64,000 bases of DNA, from assembly GCF_040938485.1 (NCBI RefSeq), contig NW_027271970.1, positions 186,001 to 250,000 on the forward strand, read 5' to 3'. The translations under genes and the position numbers were made by a program. The notes below the pieces were generated by a model. The model did no database searches. It had not been told where the DNA came from and was given only the letters and a program-made list of their open reading frames with translations. Below are positions 23,591-35,818 of the stretch, piece after piece (the first letter of the stretch is position 1; every line of letters begins with the position of its first letter). The stretch is from Diadema antillarum (taxonomy: Eukaryota).

Positions 23591-26365
23591 AGATGTTACT
23601 GGAAGGAGTAAATGCCGGGGAGGCATTCTTGACAGCAAAATCGAGCGCGATGACAAAAGTGATTATTGTAGTTATTATTATTGTTTGCAGGTATAATCGT
23701 CCCATACGTTATACTATCATCTTCAGCGATTGTCATCATACTATGCGCCATATGGACGGCAACGTCATAAATTATTCTCCACGACGTAATCATAGCGGGC
23801 TATCATAACTCACTATAATAATGGTTATGTTCGGAGACATCCAAGCGGAACGGCGAATAATTGTGCGACATAACGAGTGAATGCAAGGGAATTTAAGGAG
23901 ATGGACGTCACGAGGTTCGACACCCACGAGTCATGCAGCTACGAGTCATAAACATATCACAAGCTAGACACTATGATCTGAAAGAGGCCCACGGACTGTA
24001 CGATACACGAGCTGTAATAGACACTGGGGCAATTAAAGCCCATTATCAGGATATCAAAATTTTATACATTGAGTCCTTGACGAATCTTGACATGCCCTCA
24101 CCTTCTAGAGTAATTTATAAATTTTACAAGCTATGCTTTTCTTGTGAATTTCTCTTCTCCGTGTAGAGTTATAAATTAAGATTATATTGCTTACTTGCAT
24201 ATTTATCCCAAACCAGAGTTGACATCATTATAGTAATTGTATTTGTGTTTTGTTGAAATTTACGCGATTCAAAGTTCATTTAAATATCATGTACTCATGT
24301 AAGCGTTATGTATATTATTACTTTGTGTTACTTTATATGGAAATAGAATAATTCTGAATTGAATTGAATTATGACCTCGACATTATATCGCCAGACTTAC
24401 TGCACGTAATGTTCAAGCTCGTGGACCTTTTCTGTATGTCGAGCTCATAGGCCTGTTCTAATACTTTAGTGTCTTATGTAGTAAGTCAGGAGTGGGCCTG
24501 TTTAACTATAGATGTCTAGTTCATGAGCTGTATGACTCATAGGTTCAGGGATGTTGAAACAGGTGTATTACCCAAGGACCTTTTTTTTTCAATATCTAGC
24601 TTGTCTGCTGTATATACTGTCGAGCTCGTGGGCTGACTCCAATTAAGCTCATCAATGCATTTTTTGCAAGACTGCTCATAGATGCACTCCAAATAAATAC
24701 TTCATCAATAATATTCTTTTCACCTCGGACTATTAACACGTACTGATGCACCTTCACAATTGCCGTGCGTGTATAATCTAGTTAAGATCACGCACTATGG
24801 TATATGATAACCAACCATTCTTCGTAACTATAGTAATTCCCCTTATGGTGTACTGTATACGTTCAACCCCCAGCATTTCATGCAGTACCAAGAGCCACCG
24901 ATAGTATACTGGTATTGCGTATACACTAACTTGTCTCTCGCGAATGCTGTTATGAACGCAAATGTGCGTGTTTACATTCTTGACGAAAATTCCACTGTTT
25001 AATAACCCCACATAAGATCGACTTGGACTTTCATCGCCTTGAGTGCACGCTAATGCTGTTCTTTCTGGTGCCCACACGAATAAAATCATACAAGCTAAGT
25101 CTGCGGAAGCAGTGCTACTGTATAGGCCTACAGTTCTCTCAACTTGTGCAGTGTCCGTAAGTATTGCTCCCGGCCCAATATGATTATTCTCACAATCTCC
25201 GTGTTTCATTATCATAAACCCTATAGCAGTAGTCTCGTCAATGAGAAGTTTTGTTCGCTGCTTTTATTGATTTCGCTTTGAAACAATATATTTACTACAC
25301 CTTTCTAATGTAATTGCAAAGTGTACTTGTTTCAAATCCACCGCTGTTGAAGCAGAGTTAATTTGATAATTAACTATAACTGCAGGTTCTATCATACGAT
25401 ATATAGACCTACATAATACAATTATAGAAATTTCACGCTTAAAAAGTCAGGTGGTTGAACTGATCAGCAAATTACACTTCATGAGGGGATGGAGGGAGGG
25501 AGGGGCTTTTTCAAACTCGGAAGAACACAATTGTCGTGACATTATAACTTTTAATAGTAGTTTTCAGTCACTCTATTTACTGCATGAAGAACAAACGTTG
25601 TCGTGTGTGTTTGTTGAGAGAGTATTTGCGATTACACTGTCTCTATGTACGTGTAGGAAACAAATGCCAAATTTACAGCACGCATGTTTGTCATTAATGC
25701 TACCATTATCAAGAATGCAATACATTTTGTTGTAATGAGCGCATCGTGTCACTGCTGTCCTTACCATTGACTTCAATGCAATATTATGGGACATACATGC
25801 ATATATACAAAGTCTTTCAAAGATACCCGTTTGCTTTAACGTCAGAAAATCTATGTAAGTAAGACATGCTTTATTTCTGTAAAAGGCAATTTTAACTAAA
25901 AATTAATAACTTTCACACAACAATAGATACACAATGTACTCTTAAATGAATCCCACAAGAATTGGAACAATCATCCCCCAGCATTCCCACTGATTCCCAC
26001 TGATCATTTACTGGCCATCCCCTTTAAGATTAAAAAAAAAGATTGCACTTGACACTTGTTGCTTATGGATCTCTTCCTTATAAACACGGTGCGGAAACCA
26101 AAGTCCAGTTCAGACCAATCAATGTGACTTCCACTTAGATACGAGAGGATGTCGTTGTTTTCATGCGGGTACAATGAGATTCAGTCTAAAACATTAATGT
26201 ACACTTAACGGACATGGAGGTCGACGAACATGCATACATATAGACACTCCGGCGAAACAAGAACGGAAGAAAGAAAGTGTAAAATGCAATGTACGTGACA
26301 CGGGTATATCTATATAGACAGAGTGTATTACTCCTTGATTTGTTTTAGTCACTATCTTTACAGTA

Positions 26366-27243
26366 CAGTATGTCCCCCAAAAAATTACAACGGGACCCCC
26401 CGCAATGATATCTTTAGAAATAGTGAATCAATCTAAATACAAATTCAGGGTATGAAACTATAACTCATTGCCCACATCTTACAGAAAACCCCATTCGATT
26501 TGCTTCAGTGGTCAAAGAGAAATGAGGAATTTTGTAGAGGATGTCGGGAATCTCTTTTGTCCAAGTTCTGTCTATTATTGACGCACTAGAGCATTGAATT
26601 GCTAAAATTGGAAAAATTAGACTCATGACATGCTTTACAACAATCTACATTTCTCTGTGACCGCTTAACCAAATTGAATGAGGTTTTCTGCAAAATAGAG
26701 CTAAGATGTTATATTGTAAGGCCCCGAAGTAGCACTTAGACAAGTCGATCATTTTGGATGTTATCAATTCGAATAATTTGATTGTAATTTTTGAGGGACA
26801 TACTGCAGTATGTCCCACAAAAATTACAATCAGATTTTCGCATTGATAACATCCAATATGATTTTTTTTTCAATACTACTTCAGGGTCTTAAAATATAAC
26901 ATCTTAGCTCTATTTTGCAGAAATCCCCATTCGATTTGGTTAAGCGGTCACAGAGAAATGGGGATTGTAGTAAAGCATGTCATGAGTCTGATTCTTCCAA
27001 GTTTAATAGCACTTCGATGATTTTGTGTGTGAACAATAGACAGAACTTGGACAAAAGAGATTCCCGACATCCTCTACAAAATTCCTCATTTCTCTTTGAC
27101 CACTTAAGCAAATCGAATGGGGTTTTCTGTAAGATGTGGGCAATGAGTTCTAGTTTCATACCCTGAATTTGTATTTAGATTGATGCAATATTTTTAAAGA
27201 TATCATTGCGTAGGGCCCCGTTGTAATTTTGTGGGACATACGG
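26366..27243. mobile_element. Inverted dimer of a Tc1/mariner-like MITE forming an 878-bp spacerless palindrome
   Basis: TA|CAGTATGTCCC...GGGACATACTG|CAGTATGTCCC...GGGACATACGG|TA; arms 26366-26805 and 26806-27243 are reverse complements. Confidence 0.9.
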
Positions 27244-27801
27244 TATGGTTCAGATTGCAAGGGTTTTTAAGAGTGCGTAAAAATAAATTCATATTGACAA
27301 TACACAGTGTCTCTCATGTGGAGATAATAAAGACCTATAGACGGAGATTTACTTACAATTACACTTTTCACTTTATTAACGGAAATATGAAATGGGATGG
27401 TCTTATGGAAGGTAAATTGCAGCTTCGGATTTATAACATTGAGGTCAAAATAATGGACGTAATTAGTCGCTCAACAATAAGATAATCTTATTTTTAGTGG
27501 AATAATTGGAGGGTTTTTGCCGGCTACTACTGAGTAGTACATACAGGGATGGGACATGGGATACGAGCTCCCATAATAACAGTGATTCCCTTCTTCTCCG
27601 TAGTAAAGTATTATTCATACAGAAGCTGTTTTAGGCTTCATGCACAAGCAAATGAGCGTATGGTATTAATGCTATTGAATAAATAACCTGCTAGATCTCT
27701 AATCGTTGATTCAAGCAGCAACAGGAAGAGCAAGAGATTATTCTAGTGGTATTAATTTTGCTTGCTTTGACATTTTAAAGTCTATTAGTCATTGTATAGC
27801 T

Positions 27802-27831
27802 TTCATTTTGCCGCTTGACTTTCCTTTCTAG
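27802..27831 (+). other. Putative 3' splice acceptor preceding the copy 3 coding exon
   Basis: TTCATTTTGCCGCTTGACTTTCCTTTCTAG followed by TAACAAGC-ATG. Confidence 0.65.
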
Positions 27832-27839
27832 TAACAAGC

Positions 27840-28523
27840 ATGGAGTCCGGAGATGTGATAGCCCTGTACTCTGCTGACGGTCAGAATCTTTGGAACGACA
27901 CGGCCATCAGACAGACACTTTTAGTCCGTATCTTCAGCAAGCAGCGCGCCATGGGATACTGCGGAGTCCAGACCGCTGGCCTTCTCATGAGCGCGCGCTA
28001 CTTCGGGAAAAAATACCCCGACGAACGGGAACAGACACTCTGTGACGTCAGCGACGTTCCCTACAGGGACACCAATTTGTTCTCCTTTCCTGAGACGACG
28101 AATGTCCTCGACGAAGAACGAGTTCGCGAAGTCGGAGCCACTTTGAAACAGCTCCACGACCTTTTCCGCTCCTTCGAGATTCCCGCCAGGAGAATTCACG
28201 CAGACGACAGCAACGTGGATGAGTTCCGTTCCCTAGCAATGGCGGCGCTCTCACACACGGATTCCAGCCAAGGAGTCGTGGTCAACTACGAGTATCACTG
28301 GAAGCAGGGCGAGGAAGTGATCAAGGTAGGCCATTTTAGTCCGCTGGCAGCATATCATCAACAAAGTGACCGCTTCCTGCTGCTGGACACGTGGCTCGAC
28401 GGTCAGGAGGAGTGGGTCAAAACGGAAGATATATTCAAGCAAATGAATGGAGTCGATCCAGACGCTAGTATTCGAAGGGGTTACATTATCACTGGGTGCA
28501 TGAGCACCTGCAGTCGCTGCTAG
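27840..28523 (+). CDS. Phytochelatin synthase-like protein, copy 3, 227 aa, with Cys-rich C-terminal tail
   Basis: FSKQRAMGYCG, GHFSPLAAYH, DRFLLLD; ends GCMSTCSRC*. Acceptor AG at 27830-27831, 8 nt before the ATG; the upstream ~45 nt are nearly identical to copy 2. Confidence 0.93.
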   Translation: MESGDVIALYSADGQNLWNDTAIRQTLLVRIFSKQRAMGYCGVQTAGLLMSARYFGKKYPDEREQTLCDVSDVPYRDTNLFSFPETTNVLDEERVREVGATLKQLHDLFRSFEIPARRIHADDSNVDEFRSLAMAALSHTDSSQGVVVNYEYHWKQGEEVIKVGHFSPLAAYHQQSDRFLLLDTWLDGQEEWVKTEDIFKQMNGVDPDASIRRGYIITGCMSTCSRC

Positions 28524-28661
28524 TGTAGGATACATAATTCCCTTTTCTGTTTTTGTTTGTTGTTGTTGTTGTTGTTGTTATTTTAATTGTTTTGGCGTGT
28601 ATCATTCATTTATGAATATTAACGCCTTGTGTATTTACCGGTTGCTGTGTGGTGAGCAGCC

Positions 28662-28786
28662 TTTTGTCAAGGCTTCTCGCTGGAGGGAGCGCCCAGCCGA
28701 GTGGGGTGCCTCGCGCTGCACAATCAACATGGCTTTTGGCTGGGCTCGCTTCGCTCGCCCGTTACAACGAGAGGGCCTTGACAAAA
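28662..28786. repeat. Palindromic element with GC-rich internal mini-hairpin
   Basis: TTTTGTCAAGGC...GCCTTGACAAAA ends; internal GGGCTCGCTTCGCTCGCCC. Confidence 0.7.
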
Positions 28787-28854
28787 GAATATGTGGTGAG
28801 AGACTCTCAATGCAATACGAAACGAGCATAGCACACAAACACACACACACACAC

Positions 28855-28892
<38 letters not shown>
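28855..28892. repeat. (CT)n microsatellite
   Basis: Direct reading. Confidence 0.95.
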
Positions 28893-28895
<3 letters not shown>

Positions 28896-30749
28896 AAGAC
28901 AGTATCGTACATCTAGCTTATATCAATCCGTAAAAAAATAAAAAAAATAAAAAATGTGTGTGATCGCCGTCCACCTATATTGTTCTCAACATGTCTTAAC
29001 TTAGTATAATGACAAGGGTAAAGTGCCCTGGAGTAGGCTAACGACCATATCTAATTGTATAGCCTAAAAGGCTGCATAAGGGAATTACAAGTAGATGGTA
29101 TAAAATGTCTCATATTTCAGCCCTTCGTATCTCGTGAAATTGTAAAGGATCAAGTTGCTGTAAACGTGACGTCACATAACAGAGAAAACGCCATCGGCCT
29201 ATATAAAAGATTTTATTTAAAAAAAAAAATCTTTGGGCCTATCATACTTCTGCACGTGTCCTGTTTCATTCACTCTTCCTACGCAAGACACAGTTTGAAC
29301 GCGTTTTTTTTCAGTCACATTTTGGAGATGATATCTTTATTGGAATCCTTGAATTTTAATAGCTGAAATGATTTAAGAGTTTGCTTTTTTTCTGTGTGTG
29401 TGTGGGTTTTTTTTATACTTCAGTTTTGGAAAGGTTAATCACTTTTGGCACCTGTGCTGTTTCGCATTGGTCGATTAATATCAATTTGTTTACATACAAT
29501 ATGTTTCAATCAAGACATTCAATCACAGCCGTCTGAAGCTCTAAGACTAAGTAAGTTTCTTGAAAAGTTATTATGTAAATTTGATCTCCTTATTTCATGT
29601 GATTGATTGATATCATAATTGTACCAAAATGTATTTCCCGAAGTTCTTAAGCCATAAACCCATCGCTACCGGGAACGAACTATATTCCTTATCGACATCA
29701 TTACTTAAAACTTGATCGTGTTTTTCGTTCATTATCCCATAATATCGGGAATAAACGGTGCCTTCTAAAGTGGAACGGGGACTGGTATTTCGCTCGTTCC
29801 CGGAGGTTTCACTGCCATTCAAAATTTCAGAAAATGTAAGTTCATGTAATTGTCAAAATATCATTCTCATAAAATTATGTGACTCTTTTCGAAGAAAGAT
29901 TACATTTGATGTGTTTTTGGACATGAAACATTAAAAAAAAAATGAAGTACCCCTGTAGGGAGTAATAAAATCAGAGTAATTCTACATTAGATTTCAACGG
30001 GATCATTATATTCCACTTTGTTTTCCTCATTCCATTTCTTGTACCTCTGACATGCGACAAGCGTGCAAGATACCTCAATAAACATTCGTGTCATTCCATT
30101 AAAACTTTCGTCTCTCTTGTTTTCTTGTTGTTGGTGTTGTTTTTAGATGATATCGTCATGATCACCTCGTACGTGTCGTAGACTTGCATCAACCGTAATG
30201 CAGCCCTATACCCTCCAATCATGAACAGTTGTTTTGAACATCGGTGCTCAACATGAACATCAGCTGTTAAGTGATGAGCTAAGTTTCTGTGCCAGGAACT
30301 TTAAACACTGTATACATACAATATGGAGTTCTCTCTCTCTCTCAATCGGCACTCGAAGCACAGAAAGGCTTAAAGGGTGAACTAACACCTTCGGTATGAC
30401 GTCACAATCAAAAACTGACTGTTGCTATAGGTAGTTTATGTATCGAGATGCCAAATGAATTTCATTCTATTGTTTTACTTGGATACGTTCAAGTAGTCTT
30501 GTCATTTACATTTTAGAGTAAATAAATCAAAACAAAGTTATAAATACTTCAAGTCGTTTAAGCATTTCAGATAATCATCTGAAAAGAGGAAGGCTGGATG
30601 ATCGATTCTTGGCAGCATAATCGAGTACGATGATTGAAGTGACTAACATAAGTCACAAAAATTGTTATTCTTTTAGAATGATTCACGTGTCACTTTTCTC
30701 AGACCTGTCGAACTTTTTTTCAGTCAACTAATCTAAGGAACGTGTTTAA

Positions 30750-31135
30750 AGGGATCGTATTATATAGTTTTGGTTGAGATCTAATTTCAGGTTTCTAACA
30801 TTTTTGGGTGAGAAAATGAGAAACCTCTTATGAAACATGAAAAAGCATGTAATTCTATGAGGAATTCAACGTTTATTTGATGAAAATTGGTTTTGAAATG
30901 GCTGAGATATCCAAAAAAGGCGATTCTAATAAAGTTTGGGACCCACACGTTATTACGATCGCTTTGTTTTACTTTGTTTTTGGATGTTTCAGTCATTCCA
31001 AGCCTGATTATCATCAAATAAACTTTGAATTCCTCTTAAAATGGTATGCTCTGTACTATATCATAAGCGTTTTCTTGGTATCTCGCAAAATGTTAAAAGC
31101 CAAATTCTCGTCTCCACCAATGCTGTACTATCCCT
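30750..31135 (+). mobile_element. Kolobok-like non-autonomous transposon, family A
   Basis: TTAA|AGGGATCG...TACTATCCCT|TTAA. Confidence 0.8.
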
Positions 31136-31741
31136 TTAAAAAAATGTCGAACGTTTTGAGCGATTGTCATGCAGTACATACTATTCTTTACATTGTCATA
31201 ACGGATTAACTGCACTTAACATGAATGACGACTGGCAGAGTCACTTTATTTCTGACAACACCTCATCTAATTTCGCTGAATGTTGCTGAATGTTTTGCTT
31301 GAATGTTTATTTGAAAGATTTGTGTTTCATTTAGTGAGCTCAATACTGCAGATCAGATCTTTATAGTGTAATGCCACATGATATTTGAGTCGAATTCGGC
31401 TATCAATTCATACAAGAGTAATCACATACCGAAGTTTTATTACAACCAGACATTATACTTACAGAGAGATCTACATGTTTACACGACACGGTGATATTAT
31501 ATGCCACAACCACTTTAAAGTATTCTTTATGTGCTTGACTGCCAATTAACACAGAAAACATCATAGTATTGTACACACTATCCTAGGTTCCAGGCACAGA
31601 AAGGGTTAAGGAATTAGGAATGTGAAATAATTCATCGCCTCACGTGAATCACATTGAACTCCGCACAATCTTCCCTGAATGTCTCATTATAATAAAATTT
31701 CTTTTCAAAAGAGATCTAAACCAATAACTTATATACTAATT

Positions 31742-31906
31742 CAGGGGTGGATCCAGGAATTCCGCAAAGGGGAGGCACCTTTACAAATTTCAAGGTGGTT
31801 GGGGTGGACGCCCCCCCCCCCATTTTACTTATTTTTATTTCTCTTGTATTTAAAGAAAAAAAAGAGGGAGCGCGCGCCCGGTGCGCCCCCTCTGGATCCA
31901 CCACTG
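31742..31906. mobile_element. hAT-like MITE
   Basis: CAGGGGTGGATCC / GGATCCACCACTG ends; inverted relative of 12630-12788. Confidence 0.65.
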
Positions 31907-34900
31907 TTAATTTTGCATCATATCATTGCAGTGACAGACATTACAAGCATAACAGCAGTTCTCAAGAGCATTTAAGAGCAAAGCAGTTAACTTCTGATTT
32001 CTCTCTCTCTGTGCCATCAATATCAGCACCCACCCCCCCCCCCCCCCCCGTTTCCGGTTGGCCTATTTGGACAGTAACCAAGAATACGAAGAAGAAACAA
32101 GTGCTGTATGTATACTTTCTCAAGCTTTCTTGGCAAAGATTCCTTTAAAGGAATTGTATTCTGAATATGATATCTCATTTCATCTACAAAACAATTGTAA
32201 AGTGGCGCCATCATCACCTAGTATTACTAATTTGCATGTGGTGAAATACAAAAGTGGCCGAAAAAAAAAATCATTTTTTTTTCGTCCATCTATGCGGCTC
32301 GCACTGGCAAAATCAGTCTGTGGGCGTGCCGAATACGACTCACTATATAGAGTAAGAAAAGGAGTAAAATGTTGAGAATATATCATCTCCTTCTTCAGAG
32401 ATCAGGCAATGCGGTCAGGGCTAGGGGAGCAGTTGATATGCTACCCACTCACGTCCATCCAAACACCTCAAAAATACACCCTGAATGGCGTATTAGCGCA
32501 TGCCACCTTGGCGCCGCTGAATGGCGCCACACCTATAAAACGTACCCAAATGGCGTCACCTATAGCGGCGTTGTTTCAAGTACTTTTAGTAGGCCTAGGC
32601 CTACAACACCTACAAAACCCCACATGGCGTTTTACAAAAATGCTTCATACCCCTGTTTGAAAAATACAACAAAATTATACTTTCCTATAAAATGATAAAT
32701 AAGTAGGCAGAAGTTGAACAATGTCACTTTTTATTGCTACATTCACAACATCTTTAGGGATCTTCAGAATATACTTTTAAATTTGCCTCCCTTAAATGTC
32801 AAAAACCTACATTGAGAAAAAGGACCCTTAATGGCGACAGCAAAATGAAAACGAAACGCATGCACCCCGCGTATGGAAAACTTGCGCGCATTTGCTCCGG
32901 AGCGAGAGCACCGGTGCTTATAACACGTGAAAAGACGCGTCATATCCCCCTCCTTTGGGACAAAAATAGCTCTGCACAAAAAAACATGGCTATGAATTCA
33001 AAACCCTCGCACTCCAAATGAAACTAGAATGTACCCTCTTTCTACTCCGTGTATTTCCCCCAAAAATAGGTTTGGGGAAATTAGGGCACTTTTCCTCTGA
33101 AATTCTGCTTCAAATCACCAAATCTTGAGTTTGTCTATGGCGGAGTACCCAAAATAAGCCATAATTTTCGGACATGCCCATATAAATCACAGGCTGTACC
33201 ACGGAAGCTTAGTGGAATTGTTTACCCTCGCACTTCAAAATGAAGTAGAATGTTTGGGCTCTTCAGTGATGTATAACTTGCTTTGATTGGTCAGAGAGAA
33301 ATTAGGGCACTTTTCTTGTCAAATCAAAGAATGTTTTAAAAAACTGCTTGTGACTTTGCTAAAGCGTGCGAGCTTTTGTGCTGTCCATTGTACACAATTC
33401 CCCTAATGCTTACGGACAACGGACGAGTGTGCGTAAACAAACAATTGTGTTTGTGCTGTGAAACGAAGGCGGGAGAGTTCAAGTTATTCACAATTTTCGC
33501 TGGATATCATGCCTTTTGAATCGTCTTTCGTCCACATTATAACAGATTAGTCTTTATTAATATTCTGACAATCCTGCAGAGTGTATTACCACTTCTTTCA
33601 GAGCTAAATATTGCCAAATTCAAGGATCATCATGCGTATTTTGCTCTGCAGAGATGACTTGAGGTTGCAACAAGCCGTGCTTGAACAGACCATGCTTCAG
33701 TCCCATTAAATCAACAGGGGTGAATGAACCCATTATGTAGATACTGTACGCGTTGGTGTGTGTGCTCGTGAATGATCAACTTGTGTGGTGAAATGGAAAT
33801 GCCGTTGTAGGAATTCTAGATTCCCGGTACTAAAAATACTAATCTCATTTCATTATTAGCTGTCAGATAAAAAAGAATGGCTTCCATGCTCATGCATTCT
33901 GTCCCTCCAGTAAGCACACGCACGGTTCTCCCGATTCCCGTACAATGGACGAGTCCGCTGCTTCCCATATTATGCTCGAGTGCACTCGGCTGTTGGCTCT
34001 CGGCGACTACGTGCACTCTGGTCTGTCAACCCTAAATGCGCGAAATCGTGCGAAACATGACACCGTACGTCTAAAAACATGCCCTTTTTGATGCGTGTGT
34101 ACTACACTGGATGAGTGAAAAGCCGTGTAAAGGGCACCCTACACTTCCACCCAACTCCTTGCTGATTCGTCGAGCTCCCGCGGGTGCTCGTAACCACCTG
34201 AGCGGAGTGGTGAGTGCTATTAAGAGTGCAGTCTTGACATAGCAGACGTTTGCTGCTGCGAGATAATCGTGAGTATTACTTACTTTGAACGACTGCTTCG
34301 AACATTTTCCCTGCCCTTAATTGTCATTTATCTTCAATAACGTTGCCACTGTGACATTACTACTCTAGTCTGTCTCTTAAGCACGCTTGGAAGCCCCAAT
34401 AAACAGATAAACACATCACGGTAACCAGTGGCTGTGTGATTTAAGATATCGCGGAGGGTCTTCTCTGTTTGTAGCAAGCGGTTAGACTACCAAACGAGTC
34501 AACCGTGACATATATAGAACACCTTATCAGCCTAACAGCGCTGCTGTGCTACCTACACAATGTTAATGACATACTAGTAGGTAGTGGCAAACGCATTCAT
34601 GTATCGCATTTCATACATGAGCAATGGTTTATTGTGTGAGTCTAATCTTCTCAGTAAAAGCATGGTGTTATCATGAAGATGTGAAACTGGGATAATGCCA
34701 AAAACCTGGATTTTATGCTATTCAATTTTTCATACAGATTTAATACTGAGCATGACGTCTCGGTGTAGTTGCATTTCCGTGCGCGTCATTCATTGTCAAG
34801 GTCTGAATGTCATTCAGGAACATAGTACATAAATTATCATAAATGATATAGTGCATGACGTTTATAATGCAGGCTAACGAACGAATCCGTTTGTGTGGCA

Positions 34901-34964
34901 TGACGGTCATTAATGCGAGTCGTTACGGTCAGGTCTGATCTTCCTCGTTGTTTGATTGCTTTAA

Positions 34965-35537
34965 AGGACAAGTTCACCTTCATAAACATAAGGATTGAGA
35001 AAATGCAACAATATTAGTAGAACACATCAGTGAAAGTTTGAGGAAAATTGGACAATCGATGCAAAAGTTATGAATTTTTAAAATTTTTGTGTTGGAACCG
35101 CTGGATGAGGAGACTACTACAACTTGTGAGTCATATGCGTACAACAGTATTTATAAGGAAAATGTAAAAGAAAATTCAACATATTTTCACTTTTTTCGCA
35201 TAATAAAAGAGCACTTGACTTGCCTCTTTCTAAAGGCAGGGGGAATAATATTACCCATAACATTTGTCGGTAACGAGTCCGGGGAATGTGTACTTTTTTC
35301 AAAAGATGGAATTTTGTGAAATTCTCTTTATATTTTCCTTATATTGTTGTACGCATGTGACATCTAAGTTATTCATACACTGCAGTAGTCTTCTCATCCA
35401 GCGGGTACTGCACAAAAACTTCAAAAATTCATAACTTTTGAACGGATTGTCTGATTTTCCTCAAACTTTCAATGACGTGTTCTACTAATATTGCTACATT
35501 CTCTCAATATTTATGTTTATGAAGGTGAACTTGTCCT
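34965..35537 (+). mobile_element. Kolobok-like non-autonomous transposon, family B
   Basis: Perfect 16-bp TIRs AGGACAAGTTCACCTT / AAGGTGAACTTGTCCT flanked by TTAA on both sides; fragmented relative at about 52379-52760 and 53245-53402. Confidence 0.85.
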
Positions 35538-35818
35538 TTAATACTATGATACTGCTTTGAGGATAGGGTTTGTAATTAAACCTATATAGATATAATCGCC
35601 TTCTATTCCATACAAGTGTGAGTAGCGGCCTTTGATGAAATTGAAACGTTTGGTGTGAAACGATCTCTTTGAAGGAGATAGTGTAGATGGTCTATTACAT
35701 ACGAGTAGATCGGCGCTCCGGTATATCATCGATATAATTATGTCATGTACTATAAACAGAATGAACAGGTAATACAATCTTATATAGCATTAGAGAGTAA
35801 TATTTGAAGTTCGTATTA

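Noticed and set aside
23197-23808. Long ORFs spanning N runs (also 4423, 11089, 14051)
   Set aside because: Artefacts of gaps translated as X.
24778-25215. 145-aa minus ORF with faint GPCR TM6/TM7-like words (FVWAP, LLNSG)
   Set aside because: No NPxxY, hydrophobic helices not sustained, and no other GPCR segments nearby.
28497-28520. CxxxCxxC tail as a radical-SAM [4Fe-4S] motif
   Set aside because: No radical-SAM fold context, and the tail derives from recent UTR read-through. Kept only as a possible generic metal-binding tail.
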